From Eubacteriales bacterium (lineage in GTDB: Bacteria > Bacillota > Clostridia > Oscillospirales > QAKW01), in the NCBI GenBank assembly GCA_045545255.1, contig JAZQAQ010000102.1, positions 1-42,225 of the forward strand: a stretch of 42,225 nt of DNA, written 5' to 3'. Within the stretch, counting starts at the first letter, position 1. Every line of letters begins with the position of its first letter. Below the pieces are notes generated by a model. The model was not told the origin of the DNA, did no database searches, and saw only the letters and a list, made by a program, of their open reading frames with translations. The position numbers and the translations under genes are program-made. Shown here in pieces: positions 33,197-42,225 of the stretch.

Positions 33197-34795
33197 ATGA
33201 AACTGAAATTTTTAGGTGCTGCCCACGAGGTTACAGGCTCCTGTACCTTGCTGGAGGCGGCAGGGAAGCGAATTCTGATCGACTGCGGTATGGAGCAGGG
33301 CGCAGATATTTATGAGAATTGCAGTATGCCCGTTTCTCCTTCGGAGGTGGATGCGGTCCTGCTGACCCACGCCCATATCGACCATTCCGGCAAGCTGCCT
33401 ATGCTGGCGGCGCAGGGCTTTTGCGGCGAGATCTATGCCACCGGCGCGACGGTCAAGCTCTGCGGTATTATGCTGCAGGATTCCGCTCATATTCAGGAGC
33501 AGGAGGCACTCTGGCGTAACCGCAAAGCGCAGCGTTCGGGTGCGGAGCCGTATGTCCCCTTATATACGGTGCAGGATGCGCAGCAGACGATGCAGCTTTT
33601 TGTGCCCTGCAGCTATCATCGGGAATATTCCGTTGCCGATGGGATCACCATCCGCTTTCTGGACGCAGGGCATCTGATGGGCTCTGCCAGTATTGAGATT
33701 ACTGTGCTGGAGGATGGGGAGCGGCACGTATTGCTCTTTTCCGGCGATCTGGGCAATGTGAACCGTCCTTTGATCCGCGATCCCGAAAAACCCTCTTATG
33801 CAGATACGGTCATCATCGAATCCACCTACGGCAACCGTCTTCACGGAGAGCGCAAGGACTATATCGGTCAGCTGACTGCAGTCTTGCAGGAGACCTTTGA
33901 TCGGGGTGGAAATGTGGTGATCCCCTCCTTTGCGGTGGGCAGAACGCAGGAGTTTTTGTATCTCTTGCGGGAGATCAAGGAAAAAGGACTGGTTACGGGT
34001 CACGATGGCTTCCCCGTCTTTGTGGATAGCCCCCTTGCGGTGGAGGCGACCAAGATCTATTTCGACGATCTCATCGAGTACTACGATAAGGAAATGCTGG
34101 ATCTGATCGAGCGCGGCATCAACGTGCTGGAGTTTCCCGGTCTGCAGGTTTCCGTTACCGCCGAGGAATCTATGGCGATCAATGAGAATCAGGTGCCGAA
34201 GGTCATCCTTTCCGCCAGCGGAATGTGTGAGGCGGGTAGAATCCGCCATCATTTGAAGCATAACCTTTGGCGGGCAGACAGTACGGTCCTCTTTGTGGGC
34301 TATCAAGCGGAGGGGACGATGGGACGTTACCTGCAGGACGGCGCGCCCGAGATCAAGCTTTTCGGTGAGACGGTGCAGGTCAAGGCCACCATTGCCACGA
34401 TGGACGGCATCAGCGGTCACGCCGATCAGCAGATTATGCTGGATTGGCTGGGTGCTTTGCAGAACCGTCCCCGCGTGTATGTCAACCACGGCAACGATCT
34501 GGTCTGCGATGAATTTGCCGCCGTCATTCGTGAGCGGCTGGGCTTTGAGGCGACCGCCCCCTATAACGGTGCGGTATACGACGTTCGCTCCGGCATTTTG
34601 CTGGAGGAGGGCAATCGGGTTCGTCTGGAGAAACGGTCGGCGAAGAAGTCCCGCAGCGACTCCGTCTTTGAGCGGCTGATGAATGCGGGTAAGCGTCTGA
34701 TGGCAGTGATCGAAAAGTGCCGCGGACGGAGTAATAAGGATTTGGCAAAGTTTGCCGACCAGATCAATCGGTTGGCAGATAAATGGGAGGAATAA
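33197..34795 (+). CDS. MBL-fold beta-CASP RNA-metabolising hydrolase
   Basis: HAHIDHSG motif, beta-CASP insertion and the C-terminal SGHAD motif. 532 aa. Confidence 0.85.
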   Translation: MKLKFLGAAHEVTGSCTLLEAAGKRILIDCGMEQGADIYENCSMPVSPSEVDAVLLTHAHIDHSGKLPMLAAQGFCGEIYATGATVKLCGIMLQDSAHIQEQEALWRNRKAQRSGAEPYVPLYTVQDAQQTMQLFVPCSYHREYSVADGITIRFLDAGHLMGSASIEITVLEDGERHVLLFSGDLGNVNRPLIRDPEKPSYADTVIIESTYGNRLHGERKDYIGQLTAVLQETFDRGGNVVIPSFAVGRTQEFLYLLREIKEKGLVTGHDGFPVFVDSPLAVEATKIYFDDLIEYYDKEMLDLIERGINVLEFPGLQVSVTAEESMAINENQVPKVILSASGMCEAGRIRHHLKHNLWRADSTVLFVGYQAEGTMGRYLQDGAPEIKLFGETVQVKATIATMDGISGHADQQIMLDWLGALQNRPRVYVNHGNDLVCDEFAAVIRERLGFEATAPYNGAVYDVRSGILLEEGNRVRLEKRSAKKSRSDSVFERLMNAGKRLMAVIEKCRGRSNKDLAKFADQINRLADKWEE

Positions 34796-34798
34796 AAA

Positions 34799-35938
34799 AT
34801 GAAGATCTTATTTGCGGCAGATGTGTCGTTCAACTATTTCCCGTCCCTGCCCTCTGCGGCAGAGGCGGAGGCGATTATGCAGGAAACTGCCGCCTATTTC
34901 AAAAAAGCGGATTTCAGCATCCTCAATCTGGAGAATATCTTCGGTCAGCGTGAGGAGCATACCCCGATCGTTAAGGCGGGTCCTAACCTCATCTCCGATG
35001 AGCAGTTTTGTGCCTTTGTGGATACCTTGAATCCCACCGTTGTGGGACTGGCAAATAACCATAGTCGGGACTATGGCGACAGTGCGCTGCTTTATACCAA
35101 GCAGCTTTTGCTGGATAAGGGCTATCAGGTCATCGGCGCAGGTAAGAATATCGAAGAAGCCTATGAAGCCGCCATTTTAGAAAAGGACGGCGTGAAGGCT
35201 GCTATCATTGCGGTCAACGAGAATGAATTCGGCGTTGCGGATGTGGATGCGGCAGGGACTGCAGGTTATGATCTGACCCGTGTTACCAAGGCGATCTTCA
35301 AGGCAAAGGAGCAGGGTGCAACCCCCATCATTTATTTCCACGGCGGCAATGAGCATAATCCATTCCCCTCTCCGGGTAAGGTGGGACTGTATCGCCACTT
35401 CATCGATCTGGGTGCAAAAGCGGTCATTGCGATGCATACGCACTGTCCTCAGGGTTATGAGTTTTATGAGGGCTGCCCCATCGTCTATAGTATGGGTAAT
35501 TTCTTCTTCCCCTCTGAAAACGAGAGACCGACCTGGAAGGTGGGCTATATGACCGAGCTGGAGCTGACTGCCGATGGCGCGAAGCTGGAGCTGATCCCCT
35601 ATACCTTCCATTTTGATCATCATACGCCGATGAAGGGAGAGCAGAAAGCGCGCTTTATGGCGTATATTGAGGAACTGAACGCCCCCATCAAGGATCTCAA
35701 AAAGCTGCGGGAATATTTTGATAGCTGGTGTATGATCACCGGCTTGAAGTATGCGGGCTATCTGAGCTTTGGCCTCGAATCTGAGCCGGCGCAGCAGGCT
35801 CGGCTGAAGAATAGCTTCTCCTGCGAGGCGCATAACGAGCTGATCGGCAATACCGTCAAGATTTATTTCGAGGATCGGGTGGAGGAAGCCAAATCCAAGG
35901 TGGCAGAGATCGAGCGTCTGCAAAATATAGTGTTTTAA
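34799..35938 (+). CDS. CapA-family (PGA_cap) metallophosphatase-like protein
   Basis: FAADVSFNY, LANNHSRDYG, IYFHGGNEH and MHTHCPQG segments match the CapA pattern. Confidence 0.8.
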   Translation: MKILFAADVSFNYFPSLPSAAEAEAIMQETAAYFKKADFSILNLENIFGQREEHTPIVKAGPNLISDEQFCAFVDTLNPTVVGLANNHSRDYGDSALLYTKQLLLDKGYQVIGAGKNIEEAYEAAILEKDGVKAAIIAVNENEFGVADVDAAGTAGYDLTRVTKAIFKAKEQGATPIIYFHGGNEHNPFPSPGKVGLYRHFIDLGAKAVIAMHTHCPQGYEFYEGCPIVYSMGNFFFPSENERPTWKVGYMTELELTADGAKLELIPYTFHFDHHTPMKGEQKARFMAYIEELNAPIKDLKKLREYFDSWCMITGLKYAGYLSFGLESEPAQQARLKNSFSCEAHNELIGNTVKIYFEDRVEEAKSKVAEIERLQNIVF

Positions 35939-35943
35939 ATCAT

Positions 35944-35980
35944 AACCGCAAGAAGAAATTCTTGCGGTTTTTTCTTTTTT
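35944..35980 (+). terminator. Intrinsic terminator after capA
   Basis: AACCGCAAGAA-GAAA-TTCTTGCGGTT followed by a T-run. Confidence 0.8.
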
Positions 35981-36014
35981 CTCTCATATAATAAAAGGAA
36001 AGGAGGGAAAGGAG

Positions 36015-36614
36015 ATGCCGGAAGTCTACTTATCGCCGTCGCCCCGTCATTTTAATCGTGGCTACGGCACCTTCGGTACAGAAGAGGAGCGGATGAATCT
36101 TATCGCCGATGTGGTGGAGCTGGAATTGGTGCGAAACGGGCTGACTACCGCCCGTAATAACCCCGCCTACGATCTGCCTACAGTGGTCTCCGATGCCAAT
36201 GCACAAAATTCCGATGTCTATGTGGCCATTCGGTCGGTCTTTTGTGATGCGGGGGTGCGGGGATCAAGGGTGTATTATTACCGCCCCGGTACCAATAGCC
36301 AGCGGTTGGCGGAGGATATCTATCGGCAACTCTCGCAGATCACCCCCACAGAGGATCGGGGGGTGGAGACTGGTCAAAACGTTTATGGCGGGCTTGGCTT
36401 TTACGAACTGCGGCGCACAAGGATGCCCGCCGTCATTGTGGAGGTGGGGTGCCACGGCAACCCGCAGGATGCGGATTTCATCGTTCGCAACGTCTATGAG
36501 ATCGGGGTCGCCATCGCAGAAGGGATCCTCGATTACTTCGGATTGCCCTTTATGCCGCAGTCTGTGGAAGAGCAGCAAAGATTGAAAAATGAATATAATT
36601 CAGTATATTTATGA
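36015..36614 (+). CDS. N-acetylmuramoyl-L-alanine amidase family protein
   Basis: VYLSPSP...N N-terminus, VYVAIRS, and YELRRTRMPAVIVEVGCHGNPQDA typical of amidase_3-like cell wall hydrolases. Confidence 0.7.
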   Translation: MPEVYLSPSPRHFNRGYGTFGTEEERMNLIADVVELELVRNGLTTARNNPAYDLPTVVSDANAQNSDVYVAIRSVFCDAGVRGSRVYYYRPGTNSQRLAEDIYRQLSQITPTEDRGVETGQNVYGGLGFYELRRTRMPAVIVEVGCHGNPQDADFIVRNVYEIGVAIAEGILDYFGLPFMPQSVEEQQRLKNEYNSVYL

Positions 36615-36674
36615 ATAAAATTTATTATATGCGTATAATATTCAAGAAAAAACCGAAAAAATTTGAATTTAATG

Positions 36675-36703
36675 CTTGACAATTTGAATATTATGCATTA
36701 TAA
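36675..36703 (+). promoter_or_regulatory. Consensus promoter of the amino-acid ABC operon
   Basis: TTGACA (36675-36680), a 17-nt spacer, then TATAAT (36698-36703). Confidence 0.65.
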
Positions 36704-36746
36704 TACAAACATCATCATTAAAAATTAATGAAAAGAGGAAAAAACT

Positions 36747-37520
36747 ATGAACATGAAGAAAATTTTATGCCTGGTTCTGGCTCTGCTGATGGTCGTTACC
36801 TGCTTGGCAGGCTGCGGCGCAAAGAAGGATGATTCCAAGCTGGTTATGGCAACCAATGCAGAGTTCCCTCCCTATGAGTATATGGAAGACGGTAAGATCG
36901 TCGGTATCGATGCAGAGATCGCTGCCAAGATCGCTGAGAAGCTGGGCAAAGAGCTGGTTATCGAGAATGTGGACTTTGATTCCATCATCATCGGCGTGCA
37001 GGAAGGCAAGTATGATTTTGCTATGGCCGGTCTGACCGTGACTGAGGATCGTAAGGAGCAGGTTGATTTCACCGATACCTATGCGACCGGTAAGCAGGTC
37101 ATCATCGTGAAGAACGATTCCAAGATCACCAAGGCAGACGATCTCTTCGCTGAGGGTGCGAACCATAAGATCGGCGTTCAGCTGGCTACCACCGGTGACC
37201 TGTACTGCACCTGGGATATCGAGGATGAGAAGCTGGGTACCGTCGAGCGTTACAATAAGGGCGCTGACGCTATTATGGCTCTGCAGTCCGGTAAGGTTGA
37301 TTGCGTTGTAATCGATAATGAGCCTGCAAAGGTATTCGTTCAGCAGAACGAGGGTCTGAAGATTCTGGAGACCGAGTACATCATCGAGGATTATGCCGCT
37401 GCTGTCGGTAAGAAGAATCCAGAGCTGCTCAAGGATATCAACACCGCTCTGAAGGAACTGATCGCAGACGGTACCGTTAAGAAGATCATCGATACCTACA
37501 TTCCTTCCGAGAGCAAGTAA
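36747..37520 (+). CDS. Polar amino-acid ABC transporter substrate-binding lipoprotein
   Basis: Lipobox LAGC. SBP_bac_3-like sequence (FPPYEY, GIDAEIA, DFAMAGLTVTEDRKEQVDFT). Confidence 0.9.
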   Translation: MNMKKILCLVLALLMVVTCLAGCGAKKDDSKLVMATNAEFPPYEYMEDGKIVGIDAEIAAKIAEKLGKELVIENVDFDSIIIGVQEGKYDFAMAGLTVTEDRKEQVDFTDTYATGKQVIIVKNDSKITKADDLFAEGANHKIGVQLATTGDLYCTWDIEDEKLGTVERYNKGADAIMALQSGKVDCVVIDNEPAKVFVQQNEGLKILETEYIIEDYAAAVGKKNPELLKDINTALKELIADGTVKKIIDTYIPSESK

Positions 37521-37534
37521 TTAAAACTAAAAAA

Positions 37535-37564
37535 TACAAGGGCTGTATTGTTGCAGCCCTTGTA
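37535..37564 (+). other. Intercistronic hairpin after the binding-protein gene
   Basis: TACAAGGGCTG / CAGCCCTTGTA forms an 11-bp stem with an 8-nt loop. No T-run follows, so partial attenuation or an mRNA-stabilising role is only inferred. Confidence 0.4.
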
Positions 37565-37583
37565 GTCTGTGAAAGGGAAAGTA

Positions 37584-38309
37584 ATGCAAGAGTTTTTTCT
37601 GAAGTTGTGGCGCGATTTCCACACAGCGTTTATCGAGGATAACCGCTGGAAATATATTGTAGAGGGTATTCAGAATACGCTGCTCCTCACCTTTTTTGCG
37701 CTGATTTTGGGCGTGGCTTTGGGTGTTGTCATCGCGGCGATCCGCTCTACATATGATAAGCAGTATAAGCATATGACCGGCATCGCAAAGCCGCTTCTTG
37801 CGGTGGGCAACTGGATCTGTAAGGTCTATCTGACCGTTATCCGCGGTACTCCGTCTATGGTTCAAATCCTGATCATCTTCTTTATTATTATGGCAAGCTC
37901 CAATAATAAGATGCTCTGCGGTGTGATCGCATTCGGTGTCAATTCCGGTGCGTATGTGGCGGAGATCATCCGCGGCGGTATTATGAGTGTGGACCCCGGT
38001 CAGAGCGAGGCAGGGCGTTCCTTGGGCTTCGGCTATGTCCAGACGATGTGGTTTATCGTTATCCCTCAGGCGTTTAAGAGCATTCTGCCTGCTTTGGCAA
38101 ATGAGTTCATCGTCCTTTTGAAGGAGACGGCAATCGCAGGCTATGTGGGCGTCACCGACCTGACTCGCGGTGCGAATATTATCCGTGGTGTTACCTATCA
38201 AAGCTTCTGGCCTCTCTTGGCGGTAGCGGCGATATATCTGATTATGGTAATGTTTTTCTCTTGGTTGGTAAGCAAGCTGGAGAGGAGGTTGCAGAATAGT
38301 GAACGGTGA
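37584..38309 (+). CDS. Polar amino-acid ABC transporter permease
   Basis: HisM/GlnP-type permease with the EAA-like segment ([23 protein letters not shown]). ATG at 37584; the ORF is also open from a GTG at 37569. Confidence 0.9.
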   Translation: MQEFFLKLWRDFHTAFIEDNRWKYIVEGIQNTLLLTFFALILGVALGVVIAAIRSTYDKQYKHMTGIAKPLLAVGNWICKVYLTVIRGTPSMVQILIIFFIIMASSNNKMLCGVIAFGVNSGAYVAEIIRGGIMSVDPGQSEAGRSLGFGYVQTMWFIVIPQAFKSILPALANEFIVLLKETAIAGYVGVTDLTRGANIIRGVTYQSFWPLLAVAAIYLIMVMFFSWLVSKLERRLQNSER

Positions 38310-39042
38310 CACTTTGATTCAGGTCAAGGACCTGAAGGTGCATTATAAAAACGGCGCAATCAAAGCGCTGGACGGCGTGGACATTGATATCAAGCGCGGT
38401 GAGGTCGTGGTGGTCATCGGTCCTTCCGGCAGCGGTAAATCCACCCTGCTCCGCAGTCTCAATCTGCTGGAGACTCCCACTGCGGGCGAAGTGATTTTCG
38501 ACGGTGTGGATATCAACAGTAAAAAGGTCAATATCAATCTCCATCGGCAAAAGATGGGAATGGTTTTTCAGCATTTTAATCTCTTCCCCCATATGACCAT
38601 CCTGAAGAATATGACCATCGCACCTATGCGGCTGAAGAAAATGACGAAAGCCGATGCAGAAGCCAAGGCGATGGAACTTTTGGAGCGGGTCGGCCTTGCT
38701 GATCGCGCCAAGGCGTATCCCAGCCAGCTCTCCGGCGGGCAAAAGCAGCGTGTTGCCATTGTCCGTGCCCTTTGTATGGATCCGGACGTGATGCTCTTTG
38801 ATGAGCCTACCTCTGCGCTGGACCCCGAAATGGTCGGCGAGGTGCTGGACGTTATGAAGCATCTGGCAAAAGAGGGAATGACGATGGTGGTGGTGACCCA
38901 CGAGATGGGCTTTGCACGTGAGGTGGGCAGCCGTGTCGTCTTTATGGACGGCGGTAAGCTGATCGAGCAGGGAACCCCCGATGAGATCTTCACCAATCCG
39001 CAAAGTCCTCGTTTGCAGGACTTTTTGGCAAAAGTTCTTTAA
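38299..39042 (+). CDS. Polar amino-acid ABC transporter ATP-binding protein (GlnQ-like)
   Basis: Walker [10 protein letters not shown], signature LSGGQKQR, Walker [15 protein letters not shown] start overlapping the permease end. Confidence 0.9.
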   Translation: MNGDTLIQVKDLKVHYKNGAIKALDGVDIDIKRGEVVVVIGPSGSGKSTLLRSLNLLETPTAGEVIFDGVDINSKKVNINLHRQKMGMVFQHFNLFPHMTILKNMTIAPMRLKKMTKADAEAKAMELLERVGLADRAKAYPSQLSGGQKQRVAIVRALCMDPDVMLFDEPTSALDPEMVGEVLDVMKHLAKEGMTMVVVTHEMGFAREVGSRVVFMDGGKLIEQGTPDEIFTNPQSPRLQDFLAKVL

Positions 39043-39053
39043 AAAAATTCAAA

Positions 39054-39079
39054 ACGGGGGTTGACAAGTCAACCCCCGT
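39054..39079. repeat. Perfect palindrome ACGGGGGTTGAC-AA-GTCAACCCCCGT
   Basis: 12-bp arms. The T-run lies on the minus-strand side only. Overlaps the -35 (TTGACA at 39061) of a likely tRNA promoter, with TAGAAT at 39084. Confidence 0.6.
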
Positions 39080-39100
39080 GTAGTAGAATAGAGTGGCTGT

Positions 39101-39177
39101 GGAGGCATAGCTCAGCTGGTTAGAGTACTTGCTTGACATGCAAGGGGTCACTGGTTCGATTCCAGTTGTCTCCACCA
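39101..39177 (+). tRNA. tRNA-Val (anticodon GAC), CCA encoded
   Basis: Cloverleaf read by hand. Acceptor GGAGGCA/TGTCTCC, D arm GCTC..GAGT, anticodon stem CTTGC/GCAAG with loop TTGACAT, T arm ACTGG-TTCGATT-CCAGT, then ACCA. Confidence 0.9.
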
Positions 39178-39182
39178 TAAAT

Positions 39183-39215
39183 AAAAGGACTACTTCGGTA
39201 GTCCTTTTATTTTTT
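39183..39215. terminator. Terminator after the tRNA, usable on both strands
   Basis: AAAAGGACTAC-TTCG-GTAGTCCTTTT followed by ATTTTTT. Confidence 0.8.
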
Positions 39216-39724
39216 AAGATTACAGCCACCAACCCCAAAATTGCCAGCAACAGCGCGGGCAGAGCCACGGCGGTGCCGTAGCGGGTGAATTTGCCGAAGG
39301 AGAGTCGGATATGATGGGCGCGGAGTAATTGCATCCACATAATCCCTGCCAGTGCCCCGATGGGGGTGAAAAAGGCACCTAAATTGGAGCCGATGATGCT
39401 GGCATAGAGGGCGGCTGTTTGCGTAACGCCGGTGAGATCGGCGGTGATGCCCGAAAAGAGGACGCTCATAGGGATATTGTTCATCAGATTGGCGGCGAGG
39501 AAAGAGGTGGTTCCATAACCCCAGCTGGCAGAGAGCGGGGATAAAAGCTCGGCGATCTGCTTGGTGACACCGTATTTTTCCAGTGCCAGCACCAGCGCGC
39601 CGAAAAGCGGTGGCAGCCAGTAAATGCTGATCTGTTCGTGCCCGATTTTGATCGATGGCTTAGTGAAAACCAGAGCGATCAGACCGAGGCAGGTTAATAT
39701 ACATACAATGGTTACAAAAATCAT
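39215..39724 (-). pseudogene. Remnant of an ArsB/NhaD-type (ion transporter superfamily) permease with an internal deletion and no native stop
   Basis: The first ~48 aa resemble a permease N-terminus, which then joins directly to a C-terminal-type region (NLMNNIPMSVLF...IGSNLGAFFTPIGALAGIMW). About 170 aa remain against about 400+ expected. The frame stays open through the terminator and the antisense tRNA to 38990. Confidence 0.5.
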
Positions 39725-41442
39725 ATTCTTAACTCAAAAACCACCAATTGAGCGGCGGGGACGGTGACACGATATTCGCCGTCCTTGATTTTTTGAACTT
39801 CTACCGATGCGGATTCGTAGAGCTTGGAAAGTTCGCCTTTTTCCTTGAGAGCGACGGTGACGGTGGCATCGGCAGCCTGGTTGATGGTGTCGCCCTCGGC
39901 GATGGTGCGGTGGTTGCCTTCATTGTTGAAGATGGTCAGATAGCGACCGTGCTCGTCCTCCGAGAGGATCCAATGGAGACCGTCCACATTGACGGGGAGC
40001 AGCTCCTTCACTTTGCAGCGGAGCATCTGCTCAAGGGCTTCAAGGTCGCTGCCGTTGATGATGGGCAGATCCGGATGCGCTTTGGCAAAAGCCCCGTCGG
40101 GGTCGGCATCGATCAGGAGTGCGTACTGCCGGAGCGCCGTCTCGGGTGCATCGGCATAGATGATATCAAAGTGATCCCCAAAGCGGGAATTTTGAATGGT
40201 TTTTCCCTCGTTGCCGTATTTTCCGGCTTCTTCGCCCTGAAAGACAGTTTTGATGACGTCCTGAATTTTTCCGAATCGGACGGCGGTGGCTTTATCGGGG
40301 GTGATCCGCAAAAAGCTATTGCTGGGAGTGCAGATGGGTCCCTTGAAGCCTGTCCCTATGTGGACGCAGTCCAGATCGCAGGGGAGGACGATGGCGAAGG
40401 GGATCTGCGCCTGCATCTTTTTATGATTTCGTGCAAAATTGATGAATTCCTTTTTGACCTTGCCGTAGGGGGAAAGGTCGTAGGTCTCCATATTGTAGAA
40501 GGAACGGACAAATCCCCATTCCTCAGCCCAAAACTCCGCGCCGCTCATCAGAGCGTGGAAGTACAGTCTGCGTTGCAGGAGTCGGGAAGAACCGCCGTTT
40601 TCACCGCAGGTGGTAAAATCGTCGCCAAATTGCTCCTGGGTGTAGTTCCAATCGTTGTAGGGGAGGTTGCCGTAGACGGGTTGGGTGTAGTTGGTGCCGT
40701 TCTCCGCCTTTTTCCAGCATTCGTAGTAGACGCCCCATTTTTTATTGTGTGCCTTTGCCATCCCGCGGGCAAGGGCGATCTGAATGCGGGTGTGGGCGGT
40801 CTGGTATCCGATCTCCGGCATAAAGACCTTGACTCCTGCTTTATGCTCCAATTGAAAGAGCAGCGAGCCGCCGTCGCAGGAGAGGATGTTGCCGTCGGTT
40901 TGCTCCAATCGCTTGAGGATCGTATTGTAAAGATCCTCCCGTACCTCCTCGATGGTGGTGGGGCGGGTGAGAACGGCGTATTCCTCGGGGGTGCCGTGGG
41001 TGAAGCGGTAGATGGGCTCATTTTGCGGGTTGGTGGATTCGGGGCTGAACATCTGCTCTCTGATGTTTTCCACAGTATAGGGAAGCCCCGCCATTCGTTG
41101 CATCAGCCGATTCCAATCGTTATAGCGATTGTTGCCGATCTCGTGAAGCTGGATGCCTAAAAACCATTCGCCCAAAAGGTCGTTGTATTCTTTGAGGAGG
41201 GCTTTATCAAAGGCGTAAGGATGATACTTGACCCCGCCGGTCAGACGATCGACATAAAAGGCGTACCCTTCCTTTTTCAGCATTTCGTAAAGGGTGCTGC
41301 CTTTGGCGGCAAGCGCGTTGAATTTTTTTCGGTTGGGCAGGGTGAAGATGTGCTGGATCTTCAGACCGCTATCCTCATTTAGAAAATTATTTTTGACCAA
41401 GCCTTCAAAATGATCCGGCTCGTAAACGTGAAAAATTTTCAT
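39721..41442 (-). CDS. Uncharacterised 573-aa cytoplasmic protein
   Basis: Normal protein composition, no signal peptide, no family recognised by eye. The 470-aa plus-strand ORF opposite is a shadow ORF. Confidence 0.7.
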   Translation of the reverse strand: MKIFHVYEPDHFEGLVKNNFLNEDSGLKIQHIFTLPNRKKFNALAAKGSTLYEMLKKEGYAFYVDRLTGGVKYHPYAFDKALLKEYNDLLGEWFLGIQLHEIGNNRYNDWNRLMQRMAGLPYTVENIREQMFSPESTNPQNEPIYRFTHGTPEEYAVLTRPTTIEEVREDLYNTILKRLEQTDGNILSCDGGSLLFQLEHKAGVKVFMPEIGYQTAHTRIQIALARGMAKAHNKKWGVYYECWKKAENGTNYTQPVYGNLPYNDWNYTQEQFGDDFTTCGENGGSSRLLQRRLYFHALMSGAEFWAEEWGFVRSFYNMETYDLSPYGKVKKEFINFARNHKKMQAQIPFAIVLPCDLDCVHIGTGFKGPICTPSNSFLRITPDKATAVRFGKIQDVIKTVFQGEEAGKYGNEGKTIQNSRFGDHFDIIYADAPETALRQYALLIDADPDGAFAKAHPDLPIINGSDLEALEQMLRCKVKELLPVNVDGLHWILSEDEHGRYLTIFNNEGNHRTIAEGDTINQAADATVTVALKEKGELSKLYESASVEVQKIKDGEYRVTVPAAQLVVFELRI

Positions 41443-41543
41443 AAAACCCCTCCTTTATCAAAGAAAATTATAGTGATTTTCGACCCTAAAGTCAATATGA
41501 AAAATATGTTGCAGGTTGGAAAATGCTATGATAAAATGTTGGT

Positions 41544-42029
41544 ATGAAAATCATCAGAAGTAATCGAAAGACCATATCGTTATCTATCAATAAAGAGGGT
41601 CAGCCGGAGGTGCGGGCACCGCGGTATTGCTCCGATGCGGTGATTGCTGCATTCATTGAGAAGCATCGTGACTGGATCGAAAAGCATATGGCTGCCCACC
41701 GTACCTATACCGATGGGGAGATCGCCGCTCTGCGGGCGAAGGCGAAGGTATATATTCCCTTGCGGGTGGCGTACTATGCACCCTTGATGGGCGTCAAGCC
41801 GACGGGGATCAAGATCACCTCCGCCCGTACCCGCTACGGTAGCTGCAGTCCGAAAAACGGACTTTGCTTTTCTCTTTATTTGATGGAAAAAAGTGAGCGC
41901 GCCATCGACTATGTGGTGGTGCACGAGCTGGCGCATATCCTCCGTCGCGACCATAGCCCCGCCTTTTATCGCGAGGTGGAAAAAATTCTTCCCGACTATA
42001 AAAAACGAGTAAAGGAACTAAAAGGATGA
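41544..42029 (+). CDS. YgjP-like / DUF45 (M48-related) metallopeptidase
   Basis: HELAHI zinc motif near the C-terminus. 161 aa. Typical N-terminus (IRSNRKTISLSI). Confidence 0.8.
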   Translation: MKIIRSNRKTISLSINKEGQPEVRAPRYCSDAVIAAFIEKHRDWIEKHMAAHRTYTDGEIAALRAKAKVYIPLRVAYYAPLMGVKPTGIKITSARTRYGSCSPKNGLCFSLYLMEKSERAIDYVVVHELAHILRRDHSPAFYREVEKILPDYKKRVKELKG

Positions 42030-42225
42030 TCAAACGTTTTATTGCTTTTTATAAACCGCATATGAAGCTTTTCTGGGCGGATATGTTCTTTGCCATCCTC
42101 AGCGCATCCACTACTCTGGTGATTCCGCTGATGGTGCGGAACATCACCGGTGATTTCGTCCTCCGCGGGGGGCACGAAGCTTTGCGGCTGATCCTGCTCT
42201 TTGCCATTGGGATGGTGGCGTTCAT
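42026..42225 (+). CDS. ABC transporter permease/ATP-binding fusion protein, N-terminal part (runs off the window)
   Basis: ATGA overlap with the upstream gene. MIKRFIAFYKPHMKLFWADMFFAILSASTTLVIPLMVRNI is typical of MsbA-type exporter transmembrane domains. Confidence 0.75.
   Translation, partial: MIKRFIAFYKPHMKLFWADMFFAILSASTTLVIPLMVRNITGDFVLRGGHEALRLILLFAIGMVAF

Noticed and set aside
36630-36700. CodY-box-like AATATTCAAGAAAAA and repeated AATTTGAAT words around the amino-acid ABC promoter
   Set aside because: The best alignment to AATTTTCWGAAAATT has about 5 mismatches, and in an AT-rich promoter region this is not distinguishable from chance.

Overview
This 42.2-kb chromosomal segment reads like a sporulating gut Clostridia (Oscillospirales-type) genome. 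By eye the G+C is in the mid-50s percent, ribosome sites are GGAGG-type, and operons are tightly packed and often translationally coupled. I can support about 44 protein-coding genes, one tRNA-Val(GAC), two gene remnants and a set of repeat and regulatory elements. I recognised no rRNA, CRISPR array, integrase or transposase gene. Core content, left to right: a BtuFCD/FecBCD-type ABC importer led by a small sulfite-reductase-like Fe-S protein; pfkB; two paralogous FAD-oxidoreductase modules, each coupled to a different ~660-aa uncharacterised protein (one under a PocR-AraC regulator); coaX, an ECF S-component, luxS and an alanine/glycine:cation symporter; a NifU-like + GGGtGRT gene pair; a ygjV / metallophosphoesterase / TIM-barrel / Nif11-like operon; a class-3 lipase; metF / activation protein / metH; a SpoVB-like flippase, glpP, a beta-CASP RNase, capA, an amidase and a polar amino-acid ABC importer; a 573-aa unknown, a DUF45/M48 peptidase and the start of an ABC exporter. 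Four things stand out. (1) A ~4-kb AT-rich island (13.4-17.4 kb) carries an ECF sigma / DUF4367 anti-sigma pair and a three-gene secreted/membrane-protein operon. It sits exactly at the 3' end of the GGGtGRT gene and is bounded by a diverged second copy of that gene's last ~15 codons. (2) About 13 copies of a CATTGAT-N4-ATCAATG palindrome lie upstream of a small ArsR-family gene whose own operator is the perfect version; ten of them form a head-to-tail run with a 34-35 bp period. (3) A family of ~340-355-bp non-coding structured elements occurs at 17.44-17.80 kb and, as two tandem copies, at 23.11-23.57 kb. They are built from short conserved motifs alternating with sequence-variable hairpins, and one copy has landed in the loop of an intrinsic terminator. 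(4) An ArsB/NhaD-type permease remnant runs antisense into the tRNA. All family assignments come from reading the translations; no database search was run.
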